DNA of 64,000 nt, from IMG/VR virus record IMGVR_UViG_3300021256_000067; one strand, given 5' to 3'. This document shows, in pieces, positions 59,920-64,000 of this stretch. This DNA is from an uncultured virus (IMG/VR IMGVR_UViG_3300021256_000067). Its lineage: Duplodnaviria > Heunggongvirae > Uroviricota > Caudoviricetes. A model generated the notes under the pieces. The model ran no database searches and was not told the origin of the DNA. It worked only from the letters and a program-made list of their open reading frames with translations. Position 1 is the first letter of the stretch. Every line of letters begins with the position of its first letter. The translations under genes were made by a program, and so were the position numbers.

Positions 59920-59948
59920 GACAGCTTAATAATCATTAAGCTGTCTTT
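59920..59948 (+). terminator. Intrinsic terminator followed by late box (59960-59967)
   Basis: gacagcttaat/attaagctgtc stem. Confidence 0.75.
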
Positions 59949-59995
59949 ATTATATATAAAATAAATATTTAAAATATTTTATATTAATATAATAA

Positions 59996-62920
59996 ATGGC
60001 ACATCCTATTGAAGTCGGAAAATCAGTATCTATAATTGACGCCAATTCAACTAATATATGGCCGATTACTTCAACTAACAATATATTCTATGTTGTTCCC
60101 TCAATGACTATAAATAATCCTGAAAACATGGAGTATTCAGGTGAATATGCGAATCCTGTTACAGGCAATATGATTGTATACAGCTATGATACTTCTACAC
60201 AGAATAATTCTGTTTTCAGAAATTATATATGTAAAGGCTATAATACTAAGCAATACCCCGATACCAGTGTATTATTGAATAATGATACAGATATAAATGA
60301 TCCAGCCAAATCTCAAATGGCCATTAATAATGATATTTGTAACTTTGGAGTAGTTACCCGTATTGAGAATATGCAATATGGAAAGGATTCAAGTATACAG
60401 TTACCTGCTATAGAAGGAATTAAATTCCCGTCTCCAAATCAAAAAGTTTCTATAATGAATGTTCATATTACTCCTCTTGAAAAATTAATGAGGAATGTAA
60501 TAAACACTGGGAATTTAGATGAAAATATAGTTGATTCTATAGAATTCAATTATGACAATTTAAAATTCATTGGGGATGTATCTACTTCTAAAAAAGTTGT
60601 AACCACGACAACTGGCAGGAATAAAGTTTCTGTCACTGTAGATGTTTCCGTAATTAGATTAAGGGATTCGGTAAATCCTAAAAACGGAAATAAAATAGAA
60701 GTTAATGACGGCAATATCAATATATTAACAAATAATGCAGGGACTAGGATATTTAAAACTAAGAACTATCAATATTCAAGTTCAAGTTATACTATAGGGG
60801 AGATAAACACAAGATATCGTCCATTATGGCAAGAAGGCGTGACAGAAACACAATATAATATAGCATATGTTGAAGATTTAAGAGATGAACATAATTATTT
60901 ACAATCACAAATAAATGAAATTACAGGTGCCGGATATATTACTGTCGGCGCCGAAGTTGCTGCCGGAACAAATATAAATGTGGCTGTATCAGCTCCTTCC
61001 GCCGGAATAAACCGTTATACGGTATCAACTACAGATGATATAACTGTTAATAATCTTACTGTTAATAATATAGGAACATTTAATAATAATGTCTCTATAA
61101 AACATAATCTTCGAAACGGTTTACCGTATTTCAGCATAGAAAATAATGAATATATAAATAACAGCGAAACATCCCAGAAAAATATATATGGTTCAAGCAA
61201 TGTAAATTCTGCAGTATTAAATGAATTAACATTATATAATCCTATTAGGATATCTGCAAATTCGCGTATGTTATTCTCTGGGCAATGGCCCTCTGGCAAT
61301 AATGCCGCATGGCCAGATCGATCTCCTATTAATATTGAATGGGATGTGCCTTCTAGCAGGATTGGAGGAAGAAATTATTGGGGAAAAAGTCCCAAAGACG
61401 GAAAATCAATTATTGTTAATCCAGACGGAAATAATGCGGCGAATGGTCCAGATTTATCATATTTAAAATATTGGAATCACGGTACATTCCCAGTCATAAG
61501 TTCACAAGCGGGAAGAAATGATTGTATGTGGATAGATTTATCTACATATAAAGAAGTGAGCAATGGAAATCCTCTTATGGACTTACGATTAAATATCGGA
61601 GATGACGGAGCACAACGAATTATAGCAAGACAGACAACATATTATGAGGTCTTTAATTCTCCCGGAGTTTCCAATATGACAAGAAAAGACGCGTTTGCAA
61701 AAGTGATAAGGGACCGTTTTTTCAGCAGGGAGTATCCATCAGATTCTAAACATGCCTGGTTTATAATAGAGGTATTAGATTCAAACTGTACATATAATCC
61801 AAATAATAATAGTTGGTATAATAAAAAATATATCACATCATCATTCGGTACAATTCCTACAGAATCTTATACTAATAATATCAATACACTGGCGCAGATT
61901 CGCGAAGATGATATTAAGGCGGTCTGCAGACTTCCATTACATTCTAGTACAGGATATCCTAATACATCTTCATTAAGCGGAACTATATTTAATAATTCAT
62001 GGTTTAACAGTACAGTAGGCAATGAATGCTATAGAATTTATACAGCCTCTTCTGAACAGGCGGATATAGGAACGTCTGCTTCAAATAATCCCGAAGCCTG
62101 GATATTATCATGTGTAATTAATCCATGTATTGGAGATAAAAAATTCGCAAATACAGGCGCGGAAGCTGTATTATTAGATGATAAGCATAATACCCAATTC
62201 CCCGGTACTTTAACTTGTAATAAATTGGTAACCTCTGATTTTAGTTTAAACGGTAATGGAAAAAAATTCATATTGAATAATGGAGCAAGTGGTGCTTCTA
62301 TTCCTCTAAGAACAAAAATAACCTGTGGAAATACTTATATATCAAAAGAAAATGCACAGTTAGATCCAAGCGAAGAATATTATGTAAGCAATATACCCAT
62401 TCCAAGCTGTAGTTCAACTTTAACAGTATATGTATTTGAAGTAGTAGAAAATACGACAGGCAATAATTATGTATATTGTAAGACACAAGTGCCTAATCAT
62501 GATAATTATGATATATATAAATTTAAATTTGACACTAAATTTGGAATTAATATTTTACATGTTGATATTACCTATCGTGGAGCGGCAGGAACAAAAATAT
62601 ATGGATTCCGAGGAATAAACAGTTATTCAAATGGACGTTTTTATGAATTTAGATACAATGCGGCATATTCCAATTCTCCTATCTCTGATTGGATAACCAG
62701 TTTATGGGGAAATGGTAATATTTTCAATAATCCAAATATAATTATAAATCAATCTGTAATATCTACTTCTGCGGGTGGTGGCGATGTCAGCGATGATGAC
62801 GCTCAATTTGGAGTTGTATATTCTTATAATCCAAGTACTGCTACCTTTGGTATAGAAAGATGGAGAAATTTTGCTAATCTTGATGCTACTCAAGCACATA
62901 TAGATTTTATTTGGATATAA
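59996..62920 (+). CDS. Large Asn/Ser/Thr-rich putative tail/fibre protein
   Basis: 974-aa ORF with a late box, LQSQINEI..AG..VAAGTNI neck-like motif and beta-rich composition. Confidence 0.55.
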   Translation: MAHPIEVGKSVSIIDANSTNIWPITSTNNIFYVVPSMTINNPENMEYSGEYANPVTGNMIVYSYDTSTQNNSVFRNYICKGYNTKQYPDTSVLLNNDTDINDPAKSQMAINNDICNFGVVTRIENMQYGKDSSIQLPAIEGIKFPSPNQKVSIMNVHITPLEKLMRNVINTGNLDENIVDSIEFNYDNLKFIGDVSTSKKVVTTTTGRNKVSVTVDVSVIRLRDSVNPKNGNKIEVNDGNINILTNNAGTRIFKTKNYQYSSSSYTIGEINTRYRPLWQEGVTETQYNIAYVEDLRDEHNYLQSQINEITGAGYITVGAEVAAGTNINVAVSAPSAGINRYTVSTTDDITVNNLTVNNIGTFNNNVSIKHNLRNGLPYFSIENNEYINNSETSQKNIYGSSNVNSAVLNELTLYNPIRISANSRMLFSGQWPSGNNAAWPDRSPINIEWDVPSSRIGGRNYWGKSPKDGKSIIVNPDGNNAANGPDLSYLKYWNHGTFPVISSQAGRNDCMWIDLSTYKEVSNGNPLMDLRLNIGDDGAQRIIARQTTYYEVFNSPGVSNMTRKDAFAKVIRDRFFSREYPSDSKHAWFIIEVLDSNCTYNPNNNSWYNKKYITSSFGTIPTESYTNNINTLAQIREDDIKAVCRLPLHSSTGYPNTSSLSGTIFNNSWFNSTVGNECYRIYTASSEQADIGTSASNNPEAWILSCVINPCIGDKKFANTGAEAVLLDDKHNTQFPGTLTCNKLVTSDFSLNGNGKKFILNNGASGASIPLRTKITCGNTYISKENAQLDPSEEYYVSNIPIPSCSSTLTVYVFEVVENTTGNNYVYCKTQVPNHDNYDIYKFKFDTKFGINILHVDITYRGAAGTKIYGFRGINSYSNGRFYEFRYNAAYSNSPISDWITSLWGNGNIFNNPNIIINQSVISTSAGGGDVSDDDAQFGVVYSYNPSTATFGIERWRNFANLDATQAHIDFIWI

Positions 62921-62952
62921 TAAACTAATTTAATATCAAACAGTTAAATGAT
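62921..62952 (+). promoter_or_regulatory. Putative middle promoter TAAAC-N17-GTTAAATGAT
   Basis: Upstream of ATG 62983. Confidence 0.55.
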
Positions 62953-62982
62953 TATAAAGGATTTTATAATCATTTTTCTTTT

Positions 62983-63393
62983 ATGGATACAAAAGATAAA
63001 AAGAAATTAATATTAAAATTAAGTAAAGAAAATAATATAAGCGTATTATCCGCTCAGAAATTATTAGCAAAAAATGATTGGGATTATCAAAGATGTATTA
63101 TAGAATCATCAAAAAGCCCAGAATCTCAATCTAAGGAGATTAATCCTAAAAATAATAAAGTTACTAAGGAAAGAAAAAAATGTCCCCAGAAGTCAAATAA
63201 TGAAGAAATAGAGTTTATTAATGGCAGACCTGTTACAAATGATATTCATTTTGATTGGGAATTATATTTAAAGAATTGTGAAGAATATTCTAAGCACCCA
63301 GAAAAAGTTCCAGAAGTAACACAGATAGGAGAGGGGTATTGGACAATGCAGGAAATTGTTAAATATAAGAATTCATCAATGAAACAGAAATAA
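62983..63393 (+). CDS. Hypothetical protein, UBA/EF-Ts-N-like N-terminus
   Basis: SVLSAQKLLAKNDWDY; weak resemblance only. Confidence 0.5.
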   Translation: MDTKDKKKLILKLSKENNISVLSAQKLLAKNDWDYQRCIIESSKSPESQSKEINPKNNKVTKERKKCPQKSNNEEIEFINGRPVTNDIHFDWELYLKNCEEYSKHPEKVPEVTQIGEGYWTMQEIVKYKNSSMKQK

Positions 63394-63420
63394 ATAATAA
63401 AAATTAAAGATTAGATAATA

Positions 63421-63738
63421 ATGGGTTATACACATATGATGGTCCGTAATGTTATTCTCGGACAAAAATCGAAAAAGACAAATGGCAAAAATACAATAAA
63501 GGAAAATGATCCTGATAATATTTTTGCGTGCCCAGTAACAAATGGTGATACAGAAGTTCCAGCCAAAGAAGAAGCAGAAAAAGTTATTGAAGAAATAAAA
63601 GAAGAAAAGGCCGCTAAAGAAGAAGCGGAAGAATCTTCAATGATCGCTGGCAATAATATAGTGGATATAGAACCGGAAGAAACACCAGTTACTGAAGAAA
63701 TTAAACCTAAAAAAAGAGGAAGAAAAACAAACAGGTAA
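63421..63738 (+). CDS. Small charged hypothetical protein
   Basis: Late box 63389-63396; KKRGRK C-terminus. Confidence 0.6.
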   Translation: MGYTHMMVRNVILGQKSKKTNGKNTIKENDPDNIFACPVTNGDTEVPAKEEAEKVIEEIKEEKAAKEEAEESSMIAGNNIVDIEPEETPVTEEIKPKKRGRKTNR

Positions 63739-63776
63739 TTTTTCCATAGGTAATTTTTTATATTTTTATTTTTAAC

Positions 63777-63800
63777 GGGCTAAGAAATTTCTTAGCCCTT
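63777..63800 (+). terminator. Palindromic terminator followed by TATAAATA (63808-63815)
   Basis: gggctaagaaatttcttagccc is a perfect 22-bp palindrome. Confidence 0.7.
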
Positions 63801-63836
63801 ATTCATTTATAAATATTAAAATAAACCTTTTAATTT

Positions 63837-64000
63837 ATGAGTATATTAAAACTAGGAAGCAAAGGCGACGAAGTAAAGAAATTGCAAGAAAAGTTAGGAT
63901 TAACCGCAGATGGCGCGTTTGGTCCTAAAACTGATGCTGCCGTTAAAGAATTTCAAAAGAAAAACAATTTAGAAGTTGACGGTATCGTGGGACCTAAGAC
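63837..64000 (+). CDS. Peptidoglycan-binding (PG_binding_1) domain protein, probable endolysin (3'-truncated)
   Basis: MSILKLGSKGDEVKKLQEKLGLTADGAFGPKTDAAVKEFQKKNNLEVDGIVGPK. Confidence 0.85.
   Translation, partial: MSILKLGSKGDEVKKLQEKLGLTADGAFGPKTDAAVKEFQKKNNLEVDGIVGPK

Noticed and set aside
177..63653. Short ORFs nested in or antisense to long genes (e.g. 1108-1344, 17702-18004, 39828-40313, 55418-56617, 61015-62899)
   Set aside because: They overlap well-supported genes, lack motifs and look like shadow frames.
1..64000. Lak-megaphage-style TAG-to-Gln recoding
   Set aside because: Long structural and replication genes are intact in the standard code, coding density is high, and no gene appears broken at TAG.
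1..64000. tRNA/rRNA genes, integrase or transposase
   Set aside because: No cloverleaf or T-loop signatures were seen in the short intergenic regions, and no recombinase motifs were seen. A tRNAscan/Infernal run would be needed to be certain.

Overview
This AT-rich window reads in the standard genetic code and comes from a large T4-like (jumbo-type) dsDNA phage. The host is very probably a Bacteroidota (Prevotella-like) bacterium, judged from TAnnTTTG promoters, lipoproteins, a T9SS-type C-terminal domain, BspA LRRs and DLGLPSG domains. Recognisable core genes are scattered rather than grouped in modules: family B DNA polymerase, gp32-like SSB, gp41-like helicase, DinG-like helicase, a thymidylate-synthase-family enzyme, DHFR, large terminase, a probable small terminase, gp21-like prohead protease, a sigma factor, fibre-like proteins and a truncated endolysin. 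Four signals stand out. (1) Eleven dispersed genes share an N-terminal leader (LNE/K-IL-I-x-W...II) fused to unrelated cargo domains, with one further internal copy and one orphan copy; most sit behind T4-late-like (A/T)ATAAATA boxes and show DNA-level traces of cassette movement. I interpret this as a candidate capsid-targeted cargo system. (2) The thymidylate synthase homologue has Asp at the dUMP/dCMP specificity position, which suggests cytosine modification. (3) Three promoter classes are visible, including a TAAAC-N17-KTTWAA motif in front of replication genes. (4) Putative virion fibre proteins are strongly enriched in D-x-S. No tRNA, CRISPR array, integrase or reverse transcriptase was seen. 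All functional calls come from motif recognition by eye; no database search was run.
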